Positions 1 through 10,269 of a stretch of 41,135 nucleotides of DNA are shown one piece after another. Within the stretch, counting starts at the first letter, position 1; each line of letters opens with the position of its first letter. The translations under genes were made by a program, and so were the position numbers. The notes beneath the pieces are model-generated. The model was not told where the DNA came from, did no database searches, and worked only from the letters and a program-made list of their open reading frames with translations. Source of the DNA: Jimgerdemannia flammicorona (lineage: Eukaryota); contig RBNJ01000114.1 of the NCBI GenBank assembly GCA_003990765.1, positions 1 to 41,135 of the forward strand, given 5' to 3'.

Positions 1-664
1 TGATCACGTTGAAGCAGTTTAGCTTGTTGTCTTGGCAGCACGCATCCTTGTTAGTGCAGTACGCGGTATCGCAATCCTTGCACACGTTGCACGCGACGTG
101 CTTACAATTCTCGTACGCCACGTTGTGACAGCACTGGTCGGCGCTGTTGCAAGCAGTATTGGAGCTTACTACGCATGGGTCATAGGTACCACAGTTACCA
201 CAACCGTAAGGGTAACCGCAACCGTAACCATAGCATGGGGAGCAGGCGCCGTAAGGGTAGCCCAAACCGTAGGGAGCGTCGCACCGCTTCTCCATCTCGC
301 CGTCGGCATCACGCTTGACTTTCTTGTTGATCACGTTGAAGCAGTTTAGCTTGTTGTCTTGGCAGCACGCATCTTTGTTAGCGCAGTACGCGGTGTCGCA
401 ATCCTTGCACACGTTACACGCGACGTGCTTACAATTCTCGTACGCCATGTTGTGGCAACACTTGTCAGCGTTGTTGCAAGTCGTATCATAGTTCACCACG
501 CATGGGGTTGCGCACGCGCCTAGGCCGCATTCACCGTACCCACCGTCCGCATACGGGTAGCCGTAAGGACCATTGAAGCCGGGGATGGGGCTAGTGGCGC
601 TGAGGTTGGCGAGGAGAAGCTGGGCGGCGAGAGTGAGGAAGAGGGCGATGGATTGCTTGGCCAT
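1..664 (-). CDS. Secreted Cys/Gly/Tyr-rich repeat precursor with Kex2-type KR sites (paralog A); 3' end runs off the window
   Basis: Manual translation from ATG 664: MAKQSIALFLTLAAQLLLANLSATSPIP (signal-peptide-like), GFNGPYGYPY..., two copies of C..AD(K/Q)CCHN(M/V)AYENCKHVACNVCKDCDTAYC(A/T)NKDACCQDNKLNCFNVI, linked by NKKVKR-DADGEMEKR. No stop before position 1, so it is absent from the ORF track. Clearly homologous to 17649..18710. Confidence 0.9.
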   Translation of the reverse strand, partial: MAKQSIALFLTLAAQLLLANLSATSPIPGFNGPYGYPYADGGYGECGLGACATPCVVNYDTTCNNADKCCHNMAYENCKHVACNVCKDCDTAYCANKDACCQDNKLNCFNVINKKVKRDADGEMEKRCDAPYGLGYPYGACSPCYGYGCGYPYGCGNCGTYDPCVVSSNTACNSADQCCHNVAYENCKHVACNVCKDCDTAYCTNKDACCQDNKLNCFNVI

Positions 665-784
665 TTTTTTTCGTTTGGTGGTTGTGCAAGTTCAGTTGAA
701 TTGCAGATGTAAGGTCGTGTATGATTGAGATGAGCTGAGTTGTAGTGTGGATGTGTTTTGTTTTTTGCTTGCTTTGCCTGTGAG

Positions 785-830
785 AGTGAACTGAGGGTTT
801 GAAAGGTGGCGCGGATACGCTCTTATATGT
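785..830 (-). promoter_or_regulatory. TATA box plus Inr-like CTCAGTTC core promoter of paralog A
   Basis: Minus strand CATATAAGAG (829-820) lies ~35 nt upstream of CTCAGTTCACTCTCA. The same block precedes paralog B (~1578-1627, +) and paralog C (~18820-18872, -). Confidence 0.6.
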
Positions 831-1161
831 TTCCTCTGACAAGGAGAATATCGCCAAAGCTCTCTTGCAAACACAGAATAACCAAAAAAAAAAAAATTGA
901 TTTATCACCATACCTGTATATATATGAAGGGGAGTTGTTTTTGTATATATCATCATAGTAAATCAGTATTGCTATATACAAATCTTTGTTGATATTTCAA
1001 AGTTTCTCACATGGTTTAAGGAATCATGGTCATGCAACTCTGATTTTGCCTTAGTGATAGATTGTTTGATATATTAATATTCCATCCTGTTCAGTTTCCA
1101 ATTTTATTGCAATAAGAGCTGATGTGTCAATCTAGGACCCATTCTTAGCATTCTGACAGTA

Positions 1162-1195
<34 letters not shown>
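1162..1195 (+). repeat. Poly-G tract (34 G) followed by further G-runs, in the spacer of the inverted repeat
   Basis: Direct reading. The homopolymer length may be imprecise in the assembly. Confidence 0.9.
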
Positions 1196-1196
<1 letters not shown>

Positions 1197-1746
1197 TGTG
1201 GGGGGGGAGGGCTGGGAATAGGAGAATGGGAGAGGAGGGGAAGGCTTTATTTGTTGTTATTATCCTTCTTACTACTTGGGAAATTTTGATGTAGGTCCTA
1301 GATTGGCACATCAACTCTTATCACAATGGAATTGGGAGTTGAGCAGGATAGAACATTAATATATCAAAAAATCTACCACTAAGGCAAAATCAGAGTTGTA
1401 TGACCATGATTCCTTAAACCATGTGAGAAACTTTGAAATATCAACATATAGAAATACTGATTTATGATGATATATACAAATCAACTCCTCTTCATGTACT
1501 GGAATGGTGATAAATTTTTTTTTTTGGTTATTCTGTGATTGCGAGAGAGCATTGGCGATGTTCCCTTGGTCAGAGGAAACATAAAAAGCATATCCGCACC
1601 ACCTCTCAAACCCTCAGTTCACTCTCACAGCAGCAAAGCAAGCAAAAAACAAAACACATCCACACTACAACTCAGCTCATCTCAATCATACACAACCTTA
1701 CATCCGCAATTCAACCAAACTCACACAACCACCAAACGAAAAAAAA

Positions 1747-1911
1747 ATGGCCAAGCAATCCGCCGCCCTCTTCCTCACCCTCGCCGCCCAGCTCCTCCTC
1801 GCCAACCTCAGCGCCACAAGCCCCATCCCCGGCTTCAATGGTCCGTATGCGGGCCTTGGCGGGTACTATGGGTACGGTGGCTCCGGTTTGCGCTTAATTA
1901 ACTTCAGATAG
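1747..1911 (+). pseudogene. Truncated paralog B of the Cys-rich secreted precursor (54 aa, no Cys domain)
   Basis: ATG 1747: MAKQSAALFLTLAAQLLLANLSATSPIPGFNGPYAGLGGYYGYGGSGLRLINFR*. Homology stops at ~1890, where antisense NB-ARC sequence begins. Confidence 0.85.
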
Positions 1912-2878
1912 GCTATGTGTGACGTTTCCGTGCTTTCGATGTAAGAGCGCGCCATGTTGATAGCCAGCGGGAAACAGTCTAGCTCTTTTAGCGTTGACAG
2001 TTTTGGCGTTGTCGGATGGACGATGTGAACCAAGAAGAAGATAAAGAGCCTCATCATTGGTCATTTTGTCTACCTTAATAACGGTCGCCCACGACGTAGA
2101 GACATGATTTCGAGTCGTCACAATAACATCTCCGCCAGTTGCCGGAATATAAGGGTCTACATCTTGTGTGCTATCCATATTATCCAAAAGAAGCAACCAG
2201 CCCGTCCTTGATTCAAGCCACTTGCGAACCTGATCAATCAGCACGTCCTTATTGCCAGAGTCGTTGGCTTTAACCTCTATCCCAAGATTTGTTGCCAACT
2301 CTCGGAACGCGTCTAAAGTTGCTTTGCCACCATCGACTTGAAGCCAGAAGACGTAGGAATATTTTTCGCGATGCTGATAATAATATTTCAGTATCAGTTC
2401 GGATTTTCCCATCCCACCAATGCCTTTGAGGGCTAGCACTTGTACACTTTCCGATCGGTTGTCAAGGAGTGTCACCTTCATCTTTTTCAGGATATCGCTT
2501 CGGTCTACGAATCGTTTGGTGAGTTTTTGTGGAACTAGGAATATCTTCTTATTGGGGAAATTGGCATTTGGTAGTTATAGTTGACGGCTCCTAAGTTGCA
2601 AAAATAATAATACTTCAGTTATCAAATATAGCAAACTTTATATCCACACAATTATGCAGTTCTACCATTTTACCATAGTACACTGACTCGACCCTAGTGG
2701 AAATGAGACCGAGATACGATGACCCTCCGTTCGTGCTAACAGTGTCGATACGGTTGACGTGCTGCGCTAAACCGTCAATGTGGTCACCCTGCTCGCTAGT
2801 AGTCATCAACTTGCTGGCGGGTGTGCTAGTCAAGCTGGTTCTGATACCGATGTTCGTGACTTTGCTTTCGGAAGACAT
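1894..2878 (-). pseudogene. NB-ARC (STAND/NLR-type) gene fragment, frameshifted and 3'-truncated
   Basis: FLVPQKLTKRFVDR lead-in, Walker A GIGGMGKS, YVFWL, Walker B WLLLLDN, VIVTTR, and GLPLA-equivalent ELDCFPLAINMARSYI in a shifted frame (1866..2057 ORF). Probable exon 1 2878-2674 and GT-AG intron 2673-2591. Frameshifts near 2570 and ~1995; no C-terminal repeat domain. Confidence 0.85.
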
Positions 2879-3129
2879 GCTTGGATATTGTTGAATATTG
2901 GGAATAATGGCTAATGAGTCGCAAGATCGAATGGAAAGGCGACGAAACGGAAGTTCATAGAAGCTTACTTGATCTCGATGACGACCTCGGTGGCGAGCAG
3001 CTTTGGTCGGTTGCGTAAGCTGCACCACCTTCACTTGGTCAGTTGTGTAAGCTACGCAAACGTTACATCAATTCGAGCGCCACGCCCATGAATTGGCAGG
3101 CTGCGCTACTACATGCTTGAAATACAAGG

Positions 3130-5630
3130 AGGTCTAGGAATTTGAGAATACAAATAAATATTAACAATTTTTGAAAATTTAAATTATAATAGTTAAATAT
3201 CAGAAATTAAGAATTTGAAATATTTCTTTATTTAGATATTATCTTAGATCAGATATAAATAAGCAAAAATAAATCATTTAAATATTATAACACTTATTTT
3301 AAAATTATATTATATCAAAGCAATATTTTTTATCTAATTAATTAGATTTAAATTAAATTATAAAGTAATATTAATTTATATTATTAATAATTTGTAATTT
3401 TATTTTTATATTATTAGTAATTTTACTACTAATATTAAGTATTACATAGTTTTAGTTTCTTTAAGAGAAAGCAATTAGTTTAAGTATTTTTAAAGATACT
3501 TCTAGTATTTAAACAATTCTGGTAATTTTTTTTTTTAGAAAACTAAAGATAATCTTTATTTAAGTAAATATATATATATATATCAGATTGATTAAGAGAA
3601 GATTAAACTAAAGAAATATTACTAAAATATGTTTTTAATAAAAAGATATATACTAAGATATTTATAATATTTTATAAGTTCTATAAATTAATAAATAAGT
3701 ATTAAGTAAGTAGTACATACAATAGATAAATATATATACCCTCTTTCTCCACTATCTTACCAGTTACAATGGTTTGGTAGACAACCTTCTGAGTCCACTT
3801 TCCACAATTATTACCCCCTCTACCTTGGGTTGGTTTGCTGTACTTGTTGCAGGGCAGTAGGAGGGAGACAATGGTGACAAGTTGCCCCTTTATCGATATT
3901 AGATCGGTGTCTTCTCTACTTTTTCGCAGTTTCTGGTACCTTTAGCTGTGTCTGGAGTGCATTCATTTTGGTATAGTGCCTTCTTTCTTTTGCTATCACC
4001 AACAAGGTGTTGTCTCAGTGTATCTTGGGCTATGTAGGGAGTCAGCCAATCTTGGGCATCAAGTACTTAGTATAGATTACCTATAGGTCCTCAGTACTTA
4101 TAGTGGGGCTCTCTGGCTTTGGTGAGCTTCTCAGCGAGCACAGTTCTGATATAGGTGACTGCTTTTTGGGTATTATCAGGATGGGAGGAGAGATGGCCAT
4201 TACAGATAGGAGAAAAGGCAATAATAGTGAACTAGTAGGGTGCCAGGCTGGAGGCGGTCATTGGGGCTGAGGTAGGTGCTACTTCAGTGGGACCTTTTAA
4301 TTGATATGGCATGGTTAGGTGGTAGGTAACACTCTCAGCTTCTTTTGGTGGGTTGGCGGGTTGGGCCCCAGTCATCAGGGGGGGTCGGGGGGCCCAAGGC
4401 TACCCATTTCAGGTATCTTGGCTGTACTCAACTGGAACTGGGAGCTGATATAGCAATGTGATCAAGGCCTACAGGCTTGAGTAGTGGAGTATTGGAGGTC
4501 TCCTCCCACCTCACATATAAGTCCTTTACTCACCTCAACTGGGGGAACCAGGCCCTACCCACTGTATTGTGCTTTGATGAGGGTTTTTCTTTATCTGTTA
4601 TTCTCTTTAGAGTGGCAGGGGCTATTCTATTTGGCTCGAGTATGGCCTTGTACATATGTTGAGTTCTCAGGCATATGCTTTCAGTCATTGGCATATGGTT
4701 GGGTTTCTCCTGGTGGTAGGGAGAGTATGGTGCGCAGAATGAGATATAGGCCACCATTGGCCCTACTATACCTAGTATGGTCAAGCTGCTGGACAATAGC
4801 TAGCCTAGATTAATAAGAGGACAGTGCTTGATGGGTGGTGGGGGAGGGTTTTGGCCTATATAGTCTAGGTTCCCTTCCAATAAAAATCCATGAGACATTG
4901 AGTCTGTTAAAAAATAAAATAAAATAAAATAAAATAAATAAATAAATATATAAATATATAAAAAAAATAAAAAAAAAATAAAAAAAACTAAGATATATAT
5001 TAATTATAAACTATTACAATATTATTTATAATAATAAAGAAGACTATTTGACTTAAAAAGCTATTAAAGAAATTAAAATTTAAGTAATAAGACTATATAC
5101 TCTTATAAAGATTTTTATATATAATAAAATGAAATATATCTAAAATATCTCTTAATATAAAAAATAATAACAGATTTAATACAAAAGCCCCTTTTGAAGG
5201 CTAATTTGAATGATGTCTGACAAATGCTTATTAATACTTAATAACCTCTTTATATAATATTTTAACTTCTTTTTAATATTTTTTATTTTATTTCTAAATA
5301 TAATATTATTATAAATAATATGTAACCTTTTAAACTACAAAAAGCCTCTATATATAATATATTATATTTTTCTACATCTTCTGCTTATCAGTTATTTAAG
5401 TTATTCATAGATATGGGAGTGTTGGAATTTGCAACTCATTATTCAGTAATTTGTGACTTATGCTTATATATAACGTTAGCAATGGTGACATCATCAATTT
5501 CTACAAAACGTGTAACATGTAATTATATAATATCAATAAAAGGCTCGCTCTTTGTCAAGTACAAGTCCCCCAAATATTACAATAATTTTTTGATTATAAA
5601 TATAGTATAATTCTTTTTAAAAAAAAAAAA
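3130..5630. repeat. Heavily mutated repeat/TE relic: very AT-rich blocks (~3140-3720, ~4910-5410) flanking a CpG-depleted core (~3720-4905)
   Basis: Sharp compositional boundaries and TpA-rich flanks. The core has balanced GC but only about ten CpGs, and stop-riddled minus-strand frames. TE class not identifiable by eye (possibly non-LTR). Confidence 0.6.
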
Positions 5631-6012
5631 AAAGGATTCACCATCTTTCATGCTCTCAGTGATCTATTTACGTCATCGAGGTTACAATGTATTGTTGAAC
5701 CACGAAGGGGGGATCGGTGGGTTCGACATCCGCGCGGTGCCAAAATCGTCTAATTTCCATATCACGCGCAATTGTCGCTGGTGTCGATAGCTCGGAAGGG
5801 GTTACTCCGGATTTCAAATAATCAATATGGTGCTGAGATTGTAGTTCATGTGACGGAGATGGTAAACCTTGGAATCGCATTCAAAGGCAAGGAAGCCTAC
5901 TATGGGTTCGCAAAACTGAGTTCCTATTTACCATTTTAAGTGACCTGGTGGTACGGAACACATATTATTTTTATTCACTCACTATCTAAACAAAATAAGT
6001 AATTATTCCAAC

Positions 6013-6220
6013 CTAGGACGTGGTAATTTCGTGTACTTCTTTCCGTGGTGATTTCGCGTTCTTGACCTTCCATCCTAGGATGTGTATCTAGGACGTGGTG
6101 ATTTCGTGTATCGTGTATCTAAGACGTGATAATTTCGTGTATCTAGGACGTGGTGATTTCGTGTATCTAGGACGTGTATCTGGGACGTGTGTCTAGGACT
6201 TAGGACGTGGCAATTTTGCG
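6013..6220 (+). repeat. Imperfect minisatellite, unit ~CTAGGACGTGGTGATTTCGTGTAT (24 bp) with partial copies
   Basis: Repeated CTAGGACGTG and ATTTCGTGTAT blocks read directly. Confidence 0.85.
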
Positions 6221-6511
6221 TTCCCTTAGTATAATTTTTGAGTGTCACACCAACATTTACTCAGTAGTACTTTAAACGGTTTACTTTATTCAAAAGTACT
6301 CTATTATTAATGAAATTTGTCTATAGGAGGCAAGGAACTCAGTTTTGCGAACCCATAGTATGTGGCGGGTAAGACTTTTACGTGTCTCGGAACGGGCACA
6401 ACAGTTGATTGACAGGGGTATGTCAGCTGCCTTCTATTTCCGTTGAGGAAGCACAGCCCCATCTCTCCTAGTAGGACGTGCGAGCATCCCCCGCCAAAAG
6501 AAAGACACGCG

Positions 6512-8059
6512 ATGAGCTTCGACACTTCCTTCTACTACAGGTTGACCAACAACTTCACGGGAAAGGAAAAGGCGCTGGACGTGCTCCCTGATGGAAGCGG
6601 TCTGTTAAAGATTGCCGATATCGGAAACTACTCTGGGCAGTTCTGGAGACTCGTGGCCCTGGACGGCGGGAAGTACGCACTGCGCACCTGGTACCTTGGG
6701 GAGGCCTTCTCGTTGGACATCATTAACGACGGGATCAACACAACCCCGCACCTCGCGGAGACGACCAACGTGGCCGGGCAGCACTGGACAGCGACCCCGT
6801 GGGGTGATGGAACCTTCCGGCTCACCAACGATTTCACTGGCCCGGACAGGCACCTCGACGTCTACTCGGACGGTCTCCGTCCGACCCTCGCCACGGGAGA
6901 CTACACAGGCCAGCACTGGACGCTCACCAAGATCACATCGATCACGGCCAACGTGGCGATCCCCGACCTCGAACCGAAGACCAACACCTGGATGTCGGAG
7001 GGCCCGACGGACTTCGGCGTCTTCGTAAAGCCGATTGGCACGGTGAAAGCGCTGATGATCTTCGTCGACTTCCCCGACGCGCCGCACGGTGACATCGACG
7101 CGGCTGCGACCGCAAAGCACCTGCTCGGCGACGGCAAGGCGCAGAAACTCCTAAACTCCCAGTCGTACGGGAACCTCACCCTGGACGTCACGGTGAAGTC
7201 GGACCTCGGCTGGCGACGGATGCCACAAGGTCACGCGCAATACGGGAGCAAGACGTTCGAGCAGCACCGCGACTACATCGCCGTCGCGGCGGGCCTGTTC
7301 CCTGGATCAGAGGTGAAATTCGCGGACTACGCCCTCGTCTTCATCGTCTCACCGCCCAACGGTGGCTTTGACCTGTCGCCCGCCTTCAACGCGATACCCC
7401 CGACCGGAGCGCACTCACCAAGCGGTGAGATCCGTCATGCGGTGACCTTTGGCAAGGACAGCTACAACAACCGGTACATAAACCTGATCCACGAGACCGG
7501 CCACGTGTTCGGTCTGCCAGACCTCTACCCCTATGCCAGCGGTGGCGCGGAAACGTCGAAGGCCGGTTGCTGGCCGATCATGTCGGACATCTTCCACTCA
7601 ATGAACTTCCTTGGCTGGCACCGGCACAAGAACGGGTGGCTGGTTCCGTCTCGGAAGACTTATCTCAGCCAGGAAACGCCGGAGTGGTATATCACGCTCA
7701 GCCCACTGCGCGGCGCGTTCGGTGTGTCAATGCTGGTCCTGCCGCTCGACAACGCGGTGAAGCCGTCCAAGGTGCTCGTGGCCGAGGTCGTCGAACCCGT
7801 GCTGGGCACCGACGACAAGCAATGGGGCGAGGGGATCCTCGTCTACACGGTCGACGCCACGGTGGAGAGCGGCAACTCGCCGATACAGATCGTCCCCAAG
7901 AAGACGAGCTCCAGCAGCTACTACGGCTACCTCTACGAGGCGCCATACGTCGTGGGTGACATGATGACGCACACCGAGGGATCGGTCTCGGTCACGCTGA
8001 CGGTGCTGCAGAAGTTTGGCTCCTCGTACAATGTCAAAGTGGTCTATAAGCGCCAGTGA
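6512..8059 (+). CDS. Ricin-B-type (beta-trefoil) lectin domain plus M6 family (immune inhibitor A-like) zinc metalloprotease, 515 aa, intronless
   Basis: Three N-terminal repeats, each ending GQ(F/H)W (QxW motif) after RL.N..G...LD(V/I). Then ALMIFVDFPDA, SYGNL and HETGHVFGLPDLY (HExxH...GLPDLY, M6 signature, ~7490-7528), followed by IMS Met-turn and GWHRHKNGW. The ATG at 6512 is preferred over the ORF-track TTG at 6443. Confidence 0.9.
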   Translation: MSFDTSFYYRLTNNFTGKEKALDVLPDGSGLLKIADIGNYSGQFWRLVALDGGKYALRTWYLGEAFSLDIINDGINTTPHLAETTNVAGQHWTATPWGDGTFRLTNDFTGPDRHLDVYSDGLRPTLATGDYTGQHWTLTKITSITANVAIPDLEPKTNTWMSEGPTDFGVFVKPIGTVKALMIFVDFPDAPHGDIDAAATAKHLLGDGKAQKLLNSQSYGNLTLDVTVKSDLGWRRMPQGHAQYGSKTFEQHRDYIAVAAGLFPGSEVKFADYALVFIVSPPNGGFDLSPAFNAIPPTGAHSPSGEIRHAVTFGKDSYNNRYINLIHETGHVFGLPDLYPYASGGAETSKAGCWPIMSDIFHSMNFLGWHRHKNGWLVPSRKTYLSQETPEWYITLSPLRGAFGVSMLVLPLDNAVKPSKVLVAEVVEPVLGTDDKQWGEGILVYTVDATVESGNSPIQIVPKKTSSSSYYGYLYEAPYVVGDMMTHTEGSVSVTLTVLQKFGSSYNVKVVYKRQ

Positions 8060-8640
8060 CAGTTTAGCCCTGCGGAAGAATATTCAGAATTACTTTCCTT
8101 AGTCATTCGTTGGTGTATTACGATATATTTCTTGGTTTCTTTTTCTTATAAGTCAGATCGCTCCTTTGCTAGTTAGTTCAACCAGTTCCATCAATCAATT
8201 GTTATTCTACAGCTCGATATATCACCGCATTTTCAATAAAGAATGCCATCATTTGTCGTTTGGGACATCTGACCCGAGAAAACCCAAGATCAATTTCGAT
8301 ATTTCGACGCAGACGTGCTGCGAGCCAAAGCCACAAACGTGTACAGACACCTGTATAATGTATATATTATTTGACATCGCGTGGTGTGACCAATGGGTCG
8401 TACTTATCACATCACTCTGGGGAGAAAACTCAAACTTGCCCACGCACTGTATAGCAACAAAACCGACAGTCGGCAGAATGTATTAGTCTCTCTTAGATGT
8501 TAATCTGTCTTAGACATAGCTGAAGATCGTTCGTTGTGTATTCTAAAACGTAATGTATTCTTCAGATTTCACATATTCCCCTCAGGAAAATATGTGTTGA
8601 AAAATGACAGGGGCATTGAAGAGGGCACAATCGTGGGTAG

Positions 8641-9249
8641 GAGCAGGTTTCTCTTATCAAGGCCGCTGAGGAGGTCGGCGCAAAGAGGTTCATTCCTTCC
8701 GAGTTCGGTAGTGACATCAACAAGTAAGCCGAGAATGAGTCTTCCTCTCTGATGATGGAAATTAATACTACAGCTTGACTGACCTTAAGCACTTCAATTA
8801 CATCACTACAGGATCCTGTCCCCTGTTTTTTATCATAAACGTCAAATTGCCGAGTATCTCCGCACGAACTCCACTCTCGAGTACACGCTCTTCTACATCA
8901 ATTACCATCTTCTTCTTTGCTGAGTGGGATCTGACCGCTGGCAAAGCCATCATCATTGGCGACGGGAACGACCATTTTACCGTCGAAATTGAGCAATCCC
9001 AAATCCCGCTACGGCGTCCACGGTACCGCTTCCGCCGTCGTCACATGGCGCGAGCTCCTTGCCCTCGCCGAAAAGCACTCCGGGAAGAAGTTTGATGTCA
9101 CCTATAAGGATTTTGCGTCAGTCCAGGCGGAGCTTACTGCTGCTACGGAGTTCACCCATGAATTTGTGAGATATACCGTCCATTCTATTGCAGCTCAGGG
9201 GTTGGGCCTCGTCGAGGAGATCAGTTCTTTCGCGAAAGGCTTAAAGTGA
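8641..9249 (+). pseudogene. NmrA/isoflavone-reductase-like oxidoreductase remnant
   Basis: 8641-8723 reads EQVSLIKAAEEVGAKRFIPSEFGSDIN (family motif KRFIPSEFG), then a GTAAG..CAG intron. Later pieces are FNYITTG, WDLTAGKAIIIGDGN and, in another frame, VTWRELLALAEKHSGKKFDVTY. The N-terminus and internal segments are missing. Confidence 0.7.
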
Positions 9250-10269
9250 TACATGTTCAGACTGCCATATAAGTAGTCTTTATCGAAATTATTTTTCCAA
9301 CCTATTTATTCGGTTGCTAGTGTATTGTCTTGAATGCAAATAAAATTGGCATTTGTGAATAGTCGCTCTGATGTACTCGTAATTCAACATGAGAGCCCCA
9401 GACTGTTCATCGCATACAAGATAAGTCAAGCAACTATTACTCGGGATACACTAGACTTGGTGTATTGGGGGAGGAGTGGGAAGGGTAATTCGTCTAAAGA
9501 TATGTATCGTTTTCTTTCCATTGTGCTAGGTAGGCGCCGAGGAATTCGTCAGAGGCATAGTATGTGCCGTCAATCAATTCACATGCATTTATTACCTCGA
9601 GGTAACGTCTCCTATAATGTATTTTATAGCCGTGATACATCCGTGTAGCTTCAGGCTAAAATTGGATGGTTTTGCTGCGTCGCAGCTCTCCATTGCAATT
9701 ACCTTCAGGAATCGTCTCCTCCACTTCATTGGCTTCGTTGAATGCCTCACACGCTTTTCGTCGTACAATTTCCGGAACAGCTCTATCCTCTGATGAATGG
9801 CCATCCTTCGGGCGTTCTACTGTACACGACAATTTTGAGCCCTTTAATAGATCTGACATTGTTCCTTGCTTCAAGACCTTGGTAACTTGTCCGCCATGAC
9901 ATACAGCTTCTCATGCAGGACACTATTGTTCTTACAAGTCGCGAAACCACAAACTCGATCGTCGGTGTGGATCCACGACTACAAAGGGAACTGTACCTAA
10001 CGCATCTAGCTTTCCTAATTACGTGGGAGGCGTCGTTACGGGAGAGGGGGGTCATCCACAAGTTTTATTGCTCTGGTAATCGGTGCATTTTGAAGCGAGG
10101 ATTGGTAAATCAGATCAGTCACGGCAGGAAAATAATATTGGAGAGGGCTACATGCGTGACAGGAATGGACGATCGGGCCTACTTCAACAACAGAATAACC
10201 ACCATACAATCTACAAGTTTTTTTTACCCATCGCCTTCCGTATTCCCTGCCATCCATTACCAACACCTC

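Larger units (their letters stand above)
530..1880. repeat. Imperfect inverted duplication: arms ~530-1139 and 1294-~1880, spacer 1140-1293
   Basis: The reverse complement of 1021-1139 (ggtcctagattgacacatcagctctt...) matches 1294 onward (ggtcctagattggcacatcaactctt...). The match continues through promoter, 5'UTR and signal-peptide codons of both paralogs. Confidence 0.95.

Noticed and set aside
591-1901. Mutually similar ORFs 591..956, 692..874, 1535..1897 and 1539..1901
   Set aside because: Off-frame translations of the duplicated promoter/5'UTR. Their similarity just reflects the inverted repeat.
6013-6220. CRISPR-like appearance of the repeat cluster
   Set aside because: No unique spacers of regular length, no cas genes, and a eukaryotic context.
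6495-6511. AAAGAAAG upstream of the M6 ATG as a relic Shine-Dalgarno
   Set aside because: Too weak a match. A-rich leaders are normal in fungi.
9592-10266. Several short ORFs downstream of SDH5
   Set aside because: No recognisable motif or consistent exon structure.
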